DNA from: a virus
Lineage: Duplodnaviria; Caudoviricetes
Direction: 5' to 3' (one strand)
Virus record (IMG/VR): IMGVR_UViG_3300032334_000481
Span: 1 to 56,598 of that record
Length of the DNA: 56,598 bases
Shown here: positions 21,301 through 29,498 of the stretch, piece by piece
Layout of the letters: every line of letters starts with the position of its first letter
How positions within the stretch are numbered: position 1 is the first letter of the stretch
Position numbers and translations under genes: made by a program
The notes under the pieces: model-generated
Seen by the model: the letters and a program-made list of their open reading frames with translations, nothing else
What the model was told of the DNA's origin: nothing
Database searches by the model: none

Positions 21301-24300
21301 TGGAACTTTATATTCATTTAAAGATAATCCCTTGAAGAAAGTTTTTGCTGGTATTCCATTTACAGTAAAGTCACTTGCTTCTTTACCCCAATCATCCGCA
21401 TAAATCCATTCTTGAAGAGATTGCAATATTGCTATTCTGTTTCTAGCAAGTCCAGCATAGACCTCTTCTCCTTCATATCCCAGGGAATACTTCTGATATC
21501 CTGGAAGTTCTCCTAATAATGGTTTTCCATTTACAAGTAGGTCTTCAAAAGTAGGAACACCAATTCTCTTATACTTACCACTTTGCTTGTTAAATACAGA
21601 CTTTCCTATACCACTAAACTCACCTTGAGTTATCATTGTAGCAATTTGTGCTAGTTCATCTAGGTCGTGTGTACGACCCCAATCTTCAAATTTAAAACTC
21701 TTTAGTCTAGAAGAAGTGAAAACTTTCTTATTAGCATTTGGCAGAGTAGATGACTCATTAGAATATTGTCTTTCTCTATCTGACTTAGGGAGCCACTTAA
21801 ATTGTCCAGGGAATTTTTCTTCAATAGCATCTCTAGGTACTTTAGAGTTTGAACGAATATTATCGGTTCCTTCGGCATACCCTGGTAAGTTACCAGCAAT
21901 CATCCCCTGAATAAGTCCACTATGCTTTGCTGCTTGTTTAGCAGGAATAACTGCTTCGCCAGGCGACAACATAGCAGGTACTACATCTCCAGCACCTTTT
22001 GGACCAGGGACTGAAAATGTACCATTAGCAAAAAAGTATGGCTTTGGCTTTGTTTTTTGACCTGGAACTCTGTATTCATTTAAAGATAATCCCTTGAAGA
22101 ATTGTTTTGCAGGAATGTTGTTTACAGTAAAGTCTTTTGCGTCTTTGCCCCAGTCATCTTCATAAATCCATTCCTGAAGTGACTGTAGCATTGCTATTTT
22201 ATTTCTAGCAATTCCAGCATATACTTCTTCACCGTCATATCCTAAAGAATATTTTTGATACCCTGGAAGTTCTCCCAAAATAGGCTTTCCATTTACAAGT
22301 AAATCATCGAAAGTAGGTAATCCAATTCTCTTATATTTACCAGTTTTTTTACTATATACAGACTTTCCTATATCACTAAACTCACCTTGAGTTATCATAG
22401 TTGCTAACTGTGCTAGTTCATCTAGGTCATATGTTTGATTCCAATCTTCGAATTTAAAACTTTTTAGTCTTGAAGATGTAAATACTTTTTTATTAGCATT
22501 TGGTTTAGTTTCATTCTCATTGTAATGCATCATTCTTGATTTAGGAAGTTGAGTAAACGCTCCTGGGAATTGCTGTTCAATAGCATCTAAAACTCTTGGA
22601 GTACCCTTAGCAAGAGCAAGTGGGTCAATAACTTTAATTCCAAGTTGGCTAACAGAAGCACGAGTTTCTGGAAGGTCATCGTAAAACTCTTCGATATCAT
22701 ACCACTGCTGATACTTAGAAGTTTTGTCATACTTCATCTGTTCTGGTTTACGATAATCTTTGCTTGCTCTAGAAATTAGTTTTACACCATTTGTGTCAAT
22801 ACCCAATTTTTGCAGGGTATCCAGTGTAACAGCATCATAAGACTGTGGTCTTGCAGTCATAAGAAGAATCTTGTTACCACGAATCTGAGCATCTTTTAAT
22901 CTTTGAATAGCGGCAGGAATACCTTTAGGGTCTTTGGCTACTTCTTCCCACCAGTTGAGTCTTTGCTCTTTAGGTAAAGCCTTGTTTCTTTCTTGATGTG
23001 CTGGCATGAATGATGCTAGGTCAAGTAGTGTGTCATCTACGTCAAATACTGATGCTTTAGGCTTTCCTGTTCCTCCTGGAACAATACCACCAGCAGCGTA
23101 TCTAGCAACACCTTCAAAGAATCTATCTGCATTTAAATTAGACTCTTCTGAATTTTTTCCAGCAAAATATTCTTTATTTTTTAGTAATTCAAAGTTTGGT
23201 ATTGCATTAATTGGATTAATCCTAAGAGTGTTTCCACCTCTTTGTGTTCTATATGTTTGCCATCCACCCTGAGTTAATGCTTCTGGTGCTGTATCTGAAT
23301 CTCTCCATTGGAATGGTTTACTTCCTCTAGCAGTTAGCAACGATTCAATTTCGTTCATTGCTGCTAATTCTTGTGGTGTCTGTTTTCCTTCAAATTTAAA
23401 AGGAGTAGATGGATTTGTTCTAGCACGACTAATTGTATTTAAAATTTGTTGATAAGTTTCTGGACTAATGTTATCCCATGCTCCAGGAACAGTTTCTTCT
23501 CCTGCTTGAGCAAACCTTCTTGCATTAGCCATTGTTCTATGCTTTAATGCACTAACTAGTTTTCTAACCTCTTCTGGACTAAGGTCATTGGCAAATGTTC
23601 CTCTTGGAATAAAGTTTGCTTTTGATGGTTCGAAAGCACTAGGGCTTGTCGCACTCATCCTGAATCTTTCTAAGGTTTCTTCTGATACTTGTTGTGGTCT
23701 ACCTTGGGCATCTGTATTAGCAGAAATATCGTAAAAGACTTTGCTCATTTGTTCATTTGTTCTAGCATTTCCACCTGCTAATGCTTCTTGTGCAATTTGA
23801 TTTGTTGACTTAACTACTCGTCCCTGTGAGTCTTTTTGAGCAGGTGCTCTCATTATGCCAACTCTTTCTGCTTGGTCACGAATAAATCTAAAGCCTCCTC
23901 CCTCTAAAATTCCTGCAACAATATTACCCAAACTTTGGTCAGTGACTTCTGCTGTAGGATTTTGCAATACTGCAGAAACAATATTAGAATCTAATGTATT
24001 TAACATTGTGTCTACAGTTGACTGATTCATAAATGATTCAGACTTCGGGTCAGCATAATCACCAACATGAGAATATAGTTTTAATTTATCAAATTTTCCA
24101 TTAAACATTTGCCAGACGCTTGCAAACTCTTGTCCATTAGGACGTGCTAATCTACTATCCTTTTTTATTCTTTGGTTTAGTTTTGTTATCATTCTTGCAG
24201 TGACATTACCCAAAAGCAAGAAAGGACTTCTATCTAATTTTTCTGGGTCTACTCTAAACCCAGTATCTCTACTCATTCTATCTATGGTTGCATCTGAAAT

Positions 24301-27300
24301 TGCTTGGGTTCTACGTCCAGTTCTAGGGTCTCTGTCATTTGGACTTGAAATTTCGTTAACTATGTGAGTGTCTTGAATTCCAAAATAAGTATCAATTTCG
24401 TCATCATTAACTTTTCCAAGATTTTTTTCGTATGCAGAGTTCTTATCTGCCTGACTCATTTCCTCATATTTATTTTTTGGAACACTAGGAGTTCCAACAG
24501 AATATTGTTTTGGTTTTACCGCAGAATGCATTACTTGATACTTAGCCCAGTCAACAGACATACCTGCCTGAAGTCTTTGCTGCATATCCATATATGCTTG
24601 CTTTTCTTCTGGAGAAAGATTACCAAAGCCAGCAATAGTAGCCTGAAGTCTTGGAGCAACTGCTTGAATCTCTGCCTTAATTGCTGCATCGTATTCTGCA
24701 GGTGTCATGCTCTTAGCAATTTCTGATGTTGATTCAGCGAAGAACTTCTTAGCACCACCCTTTACACCAAGTAGGTTGATAATGGCTTGCTCTTCCATTG
24801 AATTAATTTTGCCACCAAGTTTACGTTTACCTGATGCTGTTTGGAATACCCCAGAAGTACCAACATCTGCGAGAATGTTTTCTCCAAGATTTCCAACACC
24901 AAGGTCCTTATCTCCACGAAGAAGAGAAGCAACAAGTTGTTTAATATAATTATCCTTGCTGAAAGTTTTTGGAACATCTGCTAGTCTTTCATCTACTGGT
25001 GATTCAAGAACTAGGAACTTTCTCTTATTGTCTGGGTCTGTTGGGTCCATCATTACACGAAGTGCTTGTTGTGGTGCTACAAGACCGTGTACATCACGAG
25101 CAATGGTTGTTCCTCTAATCTCTGCCATTGCAGAAACTAAGTCCATCTGTGGCTTTACAAATACCTTAGTGCCATCTGGCTTTTCGTATACCCCACCAAC
25201 ACCAAACGCAGGGAAAGAGTGACCAGTTGTTGGAGAAATTTGTGTTCCATAATTAGTTGGTGGAGTTTGACCATAAGGACCTGCAGCAACTTCATCGCTG
25301 ATTTCCTTCATAGTCTTACCTGTTCTTACAAGACCTTCAGTTTGTTTTTCGGTAAGTGGTCCAATAGTGCTTTGACGCATACCAACACCAGTAGTACCAC
25401 TTTCAAATCCAGGAAGATTTCCTCTAACCATGCCAGCAATTACAGGTGCATATTTTCTTGCATGTTTTGCAGGGATAACTGCTTCTCCTGGAGATAGAAG
25501 AGCAGGAACAATATCTCCTGCACCAGCAGGACCAGGAACCATAGATACACCATTAGCATATTTCTTAGGTGTTGCACTTGGGTCTCCAACTGGAACACCT
25601 GGTATACCAGCGTAACCCTGTTGTGCTTGTACTGCTTGACGATATGCTTCTGTAAGTTTATTAACTGCTTCAGTTTCTGAGGTAAATGTTTGACGAAGTT
25701 TAGCGTGGGCTTGGTCAAGAGAGTCAGCAATTGCAGCAGCCCTTAGTTGTTCTGTTGTCATGTATGAAGTTTGTTCACCAAGAACATCTGATGGCTTAGT
25801 TGTTTTATTAATGAAAGCCTTAATATTTGTGAAGAGTTTCATAATGTTTGCAATACCGTTTGCAATCAAACCAAACGTCATCAAAAGAACTGGACCAATA
25901 CCTGCAACAACAGTAACTAATACCGTTATAAAACTTTTTGCACCTTCACCTAGGTTATTAAATCCATCTAGAATTTTTCCAACAAATTCAACAATTGGGG
26001 TAACAGCCTTTAGGAATGCTTCTCCAACTGGTGCAAGTTTTGCTTGCATATCTTGAAGAGATTTTTGGAACTTAAACATTGGAGAATCTGAAATCTTTTT
26101 CATTTCTCGTTCAGATAGGATTGCTAACTCTTCTGCTGAGTTTTTAGATAGTTCTGCAACCTGCTGTGCCTGACTACCCTCTGCAATTACGTTTTGAAAT
26201 AGTGTAGACATACGAGAAAACTGGAATTTTCCAAACATTTGCTCAATAGCACGAGCACGGTTTAGTGGGTCAAGTGTATCTAAGGATTTAGCAAAATCAA
26301 CGATTGTCTTTTTTAGGTCACCTTTATTGTTTTCAACAATTCCTTTAATATTAATGCCAAGTTTTCCAAGGAACTCGGAAGCCTTAGCACTAGGATTAAT
26401 CATAGATGCAAGACCAGACTTAAGTGCGTTAGCACCTTCAGATGCGTTAATGCCACCTTCCTTCATTGCTGTAAGGAAGAACGCCAGGTCTTTAACATCT
26501 CCACCAAGTTGCTTTACAACTGGGGCTGCTTTTGGAATAGCAATAGTTAGGTCATCAATGCTTAGTGTTGTCTGGTTTTCTACTGCGTTAAGGAAGTCAA
26601 TATTTTTTCCTAGGTCATCGGCTGCAATACCAAAAGCATTTGTAAGACTAATTGTTGTCTCTAGTGCTTTCTGTTGGTCTACCCCACCGAGAACAGAAAG
26701 TTTTGCAGACTGGTCAATTTGCTGTAGTAGGTCTGTACCAGTCTTACCCATAGCGGCTGCTTGAGCAGCCATATCCATAGTATCTGCAACAGCAACACCA
26801 TATTTTGTAAACTCATTTGCAAGTGCTTGAACAGACTTAACCATTTTATTGGTCTCTGTTGTTGTAGTATTCATGTCTCCATAAACACGCTTAAACTTAA
26901 TAGAGGCTGCTTCAATTTGCATATATGACTTAGCAGCGGCAGAACCCATTAGGGTAAGTGGAATTGTAAAACCAACCATCAACTGGCGACCAGCCCATTG
27001 GGTATTCTTACCAAAGTTTAGAAGTTGAGTAGAGCCTTGCTTCATCAACTGGTTAAAGAGTTGCTGTTTTTGAGCAGCAATCTGTGTCTTTGTTGCAAGA
27101 CTATTCATGTCAAGTGCAAGTGGCTTTACAGCAATAGCCTTCATTGCACCATTAGCATCACGACCAAGTTTAATATATTGGGTTTGAACTTCTTTTACTC
27201 GTTCAATTGCTACTTGCTGGATAGTGGCAAATTCTGATTTAAATAATTTACCAAATGTTTTAGATGCTCCACCAGCATAGCGAAAATATTCGCCAATTCC

Positions 27301-27558
27301 CATTTTGTTTTTTTCAAGTGCTTCTGTAAAAGACTCTGCACTTGTTTTAATGGTTTTTATATTTGCCTGGAATTTTCCAGTTGCATTAATAGAGGTTACA
27401 AGATTTTGCTGCATTGCAGCAGCAGCCTGTGCATTTGCTGCACCTGCTTTTCGCATTGCTTGCTGAAAGGCTGATATTTGTTCCTGAAGTAACTTAAGTT
27501 GAGCCAGAGCATCTGACGTATCTATATTTACTTTTATGTTGGATTCAATATCAGCCAT
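15370..27558 (-). CDS. Tail tape measure protein with large internal cargo region (4062 aa)
   Basis: N-terminal TP901-type TMP domain (AFFLTAMKEGGINASEGANALKSGL), hydrophobic helices, coiled coils, C-terminal DTVPAMLTPGEFVV motif; follows the tail chaperones. Confidence 0.93.
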   Translation of the reverse strand: MADIESNIKVNIDTSDALAQLKLLQEQISAFQQAMRKAGAANAQAAAAMQQNLVTSINATGKFQANIKTIKTSAESFTEALEKNKMGIGEYFRYAGGASKTFGKLFKSEFATIQQVAIERVKEVQTQYIKLGRDANGAMKAIAVKPLALDMNSLATKTQIAAQKQQLFNQLMKQGSTQLLNFGKNTQWAGRQLMVGFTIPLTLMGSAAAKSYMQIEAASIKFKRVYGDMNTTTTETNKMVKSVQALANEFTKYGVAVADTMDMAAQAAAMGKTGTDLLQQIDQSAKLSVLGGVDQQKALETTISLTNAFGIAADDLGKNIDFLNAVENQTTLSIDDLTIAIPKAAPVVKQLGGDVKDLAFFLTAMKEGGINASEGANALKSGLASMINPSAKASEFLGKLGINIKGIVENNKGDLKKTIVDFAKSLDTLDPLNRARAIEQMFGKFQFSRMSTLFQNVIAEGSQAQQVAELSKNSAEELAILSEREMKKISDSPMFKFQKSLQDMQAKLAPVGEAFLKAVTPIVEFVGKILDGFNNLGEGAKSFITVLVTVVAGIGPVLLMTFGLIANGIANIMKLFTNIKAFINKTTKPSDVLGEQTSYMTTEQLRAAAIADSLDQAHAKLRQTFTSETEAVNKLTEAYRQAVQAQQGYAGIPGVPVGDPSATPKKYANGVSMVPGPAGAGDIVPALLSPGEAVIPAKHARKYAPVIAGMVRGNLPGFESGTTGVGMRQSTIGPLTEKQTEGLVRTGKTMKEISDEVAAGPYGQTPPTNYGTQISPTTGHSFPAFGVGGVYEKPDGTKVFVKPQMDLVSAMAEIRGTTIARDVHGLVAPQQALRVMMDPTDPDNKRKFLVLESPVDERLADVPKTFSKDNYIKQLVASLLRGDKDLGVGNLGENILADVGTSGVFQTASGKRKLGGKINSMEEQAIINLLGVKGGAKKFFAESTSEIAKSMTPAEYDAAIKAEIQAVAPRLQATIAGFGNLSPEEKQAYMDMQQRLQAGMSVDWAKYQVMHSAVKPKQYSVGTPSVPKNKYEEMSQADKNSAYEKNLGKVNDDEIDTYFGIQDTHIVNEISSPNDRDPRTGRRTQAISDATIDRMSRDTGFRVDPEKLDRSPFLLLGNVTARMITKLNQRIKKDSRLARPNGQEFASVWQMFNGKFDKLKLYSHVGDYADPKSESFMNQSTVDTMLNTLDSNIVSAVLQNPTAEVTDQSLGNIVAGILEGGGFRFIRDQAERVGIMRAPAQKDSQGRVVKSTNQIAQEALAGGNARTNEQMSKVFYDISANTDAQGRPQQVSEETLERFRMSATSPSAFEPSKANFIPRGTFANDLSPEEVRKLVSALKHRTMANARRFAQAGEETVPGAWDNISPETYQQILNTISRARTNPSTPFKFEGKQTPQELAAMNEIESLLTARGSKPFQWRDSDTAPEALTQGGWQTYRTQRGGNTLRINPINAIPNFELLKNKEYFAGKNSEESNLNADRFFEGVARYAAGGIVPGGTGKPKASVFDVDDTLLDLASFMPAHQERNKALPKEQRLNWWEEVAKDPKGIPAAIQRLKDAQIRGNKILLMTARPQSYDAVTLDTLQKLGIDTNGVKLISRASKDYRKPEQMKYDKTSKYQQWYDIEEFYDDLPETRASVSQLGIKVIDPLALAKGTPRVLDAIEQQFPGAFTQLPKSRMMHYNENETKPNANKKVFTSSRLKSFKFEDWNQTYDLDELAQLATMITQGEFSDIGKSVYSKKTGKYKRIGLPTFDDLLVNGKPILGELPGYQKYSLGYDGEEVYAGIARNKIAMLQSLQEWIYEDDWGKDAKDFTVNNIPAKQFFKGLSLNEYRVPGQKTKPKPYFFANGTFSVPGPKGAGDVVPAMLSPGEAVIPAKQAAKHSGLIQGMIAGNLPGYAEGTDNIRSNSKVPRDAIEEKFPGQFKWLPKSDRERQYSNESSTLPNANKKVFTSSRLKSFKFEDWGRTHDLDELAQIATMITQGEFSGIGKSVFNKQSGKYKRIGVPTFEDLLVNGKPLLGELPGYQKYSLGYEGEEVYAGLARNRIAILQSLQEWIYADDWGKEASDFTVNGIPAKTFFKGLSLNEYKVPGQKTKPKPYFLANGGVIPGYNMGGMVPGYSGGTPGAVPAPQEALLSRLGQYRSQVVGSDTYSNEAGTVAYKDRSLTKYESVLKLHRDGQYTEAYKTAMELFEYLASVDEKRVVHPGLQKNGLKMEQVYPDLYAYEDAIAAFKKGGGTEKVIEWEETLPIELAKGGIIPGYAKGSFGIPGMGQKKSSYSDAELKHNILLELVDLKKQGLSDDAVIQSIKSNPQFALALAQSKEASYNGRERLNTASMDRLMRLRSDEALDNQIARSAEYLEQQTLGYKAKKIAKAAPEKIGEVAQGLAYAGLAGMAGLGSMAVTNPLGFKAATSGLGQLAKIVLAMFGLHLNKGGVIPGYAGGGVVSENDFKWLPKSRMMYSSADDTKPEANKKVFTSSRLKSFKFEDWNRTYDLDQLAQIATMITQGEFGDIGKSVFSKKTGKYKRIGLPTFDDLLVNGKPILGELPGYQKYSLGYGGQEVYSGIARNKIAMLQSLQEWIYEDDWGKEVSEFTVNGIPAKTFFKGMSTNPYRVPGQKTKPKPYFFADGVFSVPGPKGAGDVVPAMLSPGEAVIPAAQAARHRPMIQQMISGNLPGYAKGGVIPGYEDGGVVQKFSFGGWAKKLGSKVDSAGEKLQSNSLWSKFADKMLGVDSTQEKTLKITQENLEEELSLSIKKYDRALQENKQLRAKVQLDEKDQKRLQENDEYINRKEQEYLEKNNMTVKKPKGLKSLITRNEFTGKATGMMYGASGLAGLLTQVPGDIGKGAQAALPAIGAMTSAMSMIPGPAGMVVGGLMAVVTIAGQLEAHFKELRDASAKNVRVLGASTQAMAQLSEFTKKVGARELMDKRRETSASSFFYIQPGKKTFGESYMESESGKALSEQAGKSLKSGSPEATSQLVLSQMGTAIAQGILSPAQARSIVANLAKQIKNTQFGIDINAKITSLFGPDGTPLSVSKNSIKLALDAVTTISNTNADDATKGSAVNESTIAAMNAIQSATDALALNEKATDKDKQDLTTYTQQTMQTLFDNIVSTGNTGQTAQAARDALTEAYKDTGFQDTAKAVGDAVQNFSGFSDQQEIFFTQLLASKTLGTTQMQNAMNMNISGDTLLELLKTNPTAINQLLGIAGSMDRGQGTALINNQVGQTSEEIASTASALELTNKTTGVFEMDETSKKAVQEYYAGKGLNEAKEIDRIYKELDGKKTTITVDTVTTVAGTNSELAKAMKDGKVSGYFNKLKDKKNKIIFTTEFNSLIKADKELIPAIKLWASTARKDINMSDTKLLETYKIEYAFSEAKRVTQAGALQDLTVDPNDTNDEKQGPDPSILDPYVKMLREANNWQQKLTTGWNDSYKAIMKYGNAAVKQMGGIAVLMKAQGADAEIIRDFMNGTEEEQNRIVDKKTGKLRANAGALLKKLKEIKDASEIGLTYVLATPAERLAKDNELYQAGLDVISNKEKKINDKYDKRIKALDEIGKIQEKNNQRQQDTLTLADALSKGDIAAAARAALQAKQNDQKQALNDAKDSIENARKIELEGVEVRINGVLTDRTKLEAILQSNAEKIAGYKLKEEQYQYNIEQNALKSAKHMASILKDGKALALIKPYNPTTGSSGSNSSGNKDEDTKKDAKGNPIGTKYDAKGKISKDGKYNDQGKLIKPETSAAELSKLKKAASTAGLKAEATKANTASTAAQVSAASTYKLDAYKLSNAVRSGNMQSIYADVKESQRAAFTKDFAKLVGLQDTVESYYDPTGMANILNSAAGKEASENLLNALPEETKNVINLIKNRFTSYNTELADYLAKQKAYKDAAGKLGVGNVKWKDMTPDNKAKLQTVYTAYNKKVAFMFNRHKQTNDAIDQIPTLIQQGIDLGSVGLNATTKKTDIANKEVRSWGGFASGGMVIPKGYAIGGGIYGTDTVPAMLTPGEFVVRKAAVDSIGIDKLNSMNSGTSVGESVYNYSITVNANSSDANDIADAVLRQIKRVDSQRLRSNVL
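19700..22590 (-). repeat. Three diverged copies of a ~180-aa domain in the tape measure (about 22040-22590, 21275-21832, 19700-20225)
   Basis: Each copy contains ANKKVFTSSRLKSFKFEDW...GELPGYQKYSLGY...VPGQKTKPKPYF, with high DNA-level similarity. Confidence 0.95.
22620..23060 (-). other. HAD-superfamily phosphatase domain (T4 PNK 3'-phosphatase-like) inside the tape measure
   Basis: FDVDDT (motif I), MTAR (II), QMK (III), FYDD (IV). Boundaries approximate. Confidence 0.75.
24520..25260 (-). other. PI3/PI4-kinase/HipA-like kinase domain inside the tape measure
   Basis: GVGGVY (Gly loop), VFVK (Lys), AE (helix C Glu), DKDLGVGN (catalytic DxxxxN), LADVG (DFG-like). Boundaries approximate. Confidence 0.6.
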
Positions 27559-27575
27559 TCAACTACACCGCTTTA

Positions 27576-27899
27576 CTAGCCGATTAAACCACCCATTAGC
27601 GAAGCATCGCTAAGTCTAATACCAGATGCCTCTTCGACAATCTTGTATACGGTTGGTAGGTCCAAAAGTTCTTCTAGAGACTTTGAATCCTTGGCAATTT
27701 CTGGAGCATATTGCTGAAGAGCAATCTGTACACACTCCATGAGAAGTGTCATTGACTTCTCGTTATCATCTGCCACATCTGCGATACCCTCAAATTTCTT
27801 CATAAAAGGTCGTAGAAGTGAGATTTTTAGTGGTCGTACTGAGATAGTTGTTCCATCTAGTAGTTCTACAGTTTTTGTTTCATTGATAGTTGTAGACAT
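27576..27899 (-). CDS. Tail assembly chaperone (short, gpG-like)
   Basis: 107 aa immediately before the tape measure; strong SD AAGGAGG and its own TGCTATAAT promoter. Confidence 0.7.
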   Translation of the reverse strand: MSTTINETKTVELLDGTTISVRPLKISLLRPFMKKFEGIADVADDNEKSMTLLMECVQIALQQYAPEIAKDSKSLEELLDLPTVYKIVEEASGIRLSDASLMGGLIG

Positions 27900-27944
27900 G
27901 AATCCTCCTTAAGGTTCTATATAATTATAGCATAGAATGCTTTC

Positions 27945-28637
27945 TTACATTACTTCATAATCAAGACCCATGCCTATACCAAATCCAGCCTTAGCGGCAC
28001 GCTGTCCTTGATAAGAGATAATATCATTAGGGTCGCTAGTTGCACCATTGGATGCTACCCTGGCTTTCATTGCTTCCCAAGGGTCTACTTCTTGTTTTCC
28101 GCTGGCTTCATCTAAGTCTACCCCTTGCATGGCAGCAAGAAACTTCTTTTCATTATAATCAAGTTCTCTAGTTGTTTCCAAGATTGCCATTAGTTCTGGC
28201 ATAGATATATGAGATTCTAGTTCATCAAAGTTTTTCCAAATACCCAAAACAAATATTTCAGATTCAAGTTTAACTAGGTCTAGTGTTTCCCACGAATTCT
28301 CTTTAATTGGTTTAGTTGCTTGATTACTAGAACCTGAATCTGTTTTATCTCCATTAATTTTAATTCCTGCACAATGTTCTATAATCTTATAGATTGTTTG
28401 AAGGTCAACAATATCTTCAACATCATCTATAGTTTTCGCTACTGGATAAAATTGTTTCATTGCTATTCTTACACAATCTGTTAAAACTCTAACAGATTCG
28501 TCATCATTTGTTGAAGAGTGTATCGTGTCAAATTTTTCCATAAACTCTTTTAAATATTTAATCTTTAATGGACTTATCTCTAAGATTGTTCCATCCACAA
28601 GTTGTATTTCGTTTATTTCATATATTTTAGTAGGCAT
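27945..28637 (-). CDS. Tail assembly chaperone (long, gpGT-like); N-terminal half paralogous to 27576-27899
   Basis: Shared LxDGT..PLKI..L..FM.KF..CV.IA..Q..P..DL.T.YKI.E..GI pattern; leaderless TGGTATACT-N6-ATG. Confidence 0.7.
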   Translation of the reverse strand: MPTKIYEINEIQLVDGTILEISPLKIKYLKEFMEKFDTIHSSTNDDESVRVLTDCVRIAMKQFYPVAKTIDDVEDIVDLQTIYKIIEHCAGIKINGDKTDSGSSNQATKPIKENSWETLDLVKLESEIFVLGIWKNFDELESHISMPELMAILETTRELDYNEKKFLAAMQGVDLDEASGKQEVDPWEAMKARVASNGATSDPNDIISYQGQRAAKAGFGIGMGLDYEVM

Positions 28638-28658
28638 ACTATAAGTATACCAAAAGAA

Positions 28659-28684
28659 ACTGCCCCAGGAATCCCCAGGGCAGT
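28659..28684 (-). terminator. Rho-independent terminator after the major tail gene
   Basis: ACTGCCC/GGGCAGT stem followed by TTCTTTT on the minus strand. Confidence 0.7.
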
Positions 28685-28712
28685 CTCAACGATATTCAGT
28701 TATTATTTAGTT

Positions 28713-29498
28713 TTAGAAGGTTCTATCTACAATCTTTCCATATGAACCTGAGTCATCTGGAAGTAGACGGAAGTTAACTTCGAATGCAGTTGCTGAATCA
28801 CGCTTTGCTGATACTGTTACTGAATCGATTGAAACAGCACGGTATGCAATGTAGACACGCTCTGCTGCGTCCGATGTAGTAGGGCTGGTTGAGTCAAATC
28901 CGTCCTTGTTCAAAAGACCTGGACCAACTGCAATAATACCACGCTCTACTGGGTAATCTCCCAAGTCTCCTGAGTTAATGTCTAGAACTGACTGTGTGAC
29001 TGCTGCCACACCTGCACTAGTTGTAGTCAAAGTTGCACCTGATGTAATTGAAGCCAAGTTACCAACTGTAAGTTGGGTCATGTTGGTCAAGTTAGACAGG
29101 TATGTAACCTCAGAGATTGTTGAAATTAGGTTTCCAAGACCTGGCTGATAGTCAACGTCCTTACCAGCAATTGCTAGAAGTAGGTTTTCTAGTGTTGCTT
29201 CAGCAAGAGTTGTCTTCAGTGTTACCTTCATACCCTGCTTGAAAATCTTAGCAGTATCTAGTAGTTGGTCTACCATAACTTCACCAAAATCTGGAGCAAA
29301 GGTAATCTCAAGACCGTTGTTGGTATAACCAACGTTACGGAACTGAGTAGCGTAACGGTCTGTTAGAGAAGTCTTGTAAGACTCACCACCAACGAAACCT
29401 GGAATTGTTGTTGCACTCAGTGACTGTGAATCTCTTGTCACAAAGAATGCTGCTGCACCAACGATAATGTTGGCATTTGTACCTCTTGTATATCCCAT
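28713..29498 (-). CDS. Major tail (tube) protein
   Basis: NIIVGAA...VGYTNNGLEITF...VDQLLD...TTLAEATLENL; position upstream of the chaperones; SD spacing favours ATG 29498. Confidence 0.85.
   Translation of the reverse strand: MGYTRGTNANIIVGAAAFFVTRDSQSLSATTIPGFVGGESYKTSLTDRYATQFRNVGYTNNGLEITFAPDFGEVMVDQLLDTAKIFKQGMKVTLKTTLAEATLENLLLAIAGKDVDYQPGLGNLISTISEVTYLSNLTNMTQLTVGNLASITSGATLTTTSAGVAAVTQSVLDINSGDLGDYPVERGIIAVGPGLLNKDGFDSTSPTTSDAAERVYIAYRAVSIDSVTVSAKRDSATAFEVNFRLLPDDSGSYGKIVDRTF

Noticed and set aside
19700-22590. Assembly artefact as the cause of the TMP repeats
   Set aside because: The copies differ at many synonymous and non-synonymous sites, are separated by unique sequence and stay in frame.
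16253-27237. Many plus-strand and alternative-frame ORFs overlapping the tape measure (also 34121-34819, 44337-44924, 46639-47865 and similar)
   Set aside because: Shadow ORFs of long real genes; no RBS, promoter or recognisable motifs.
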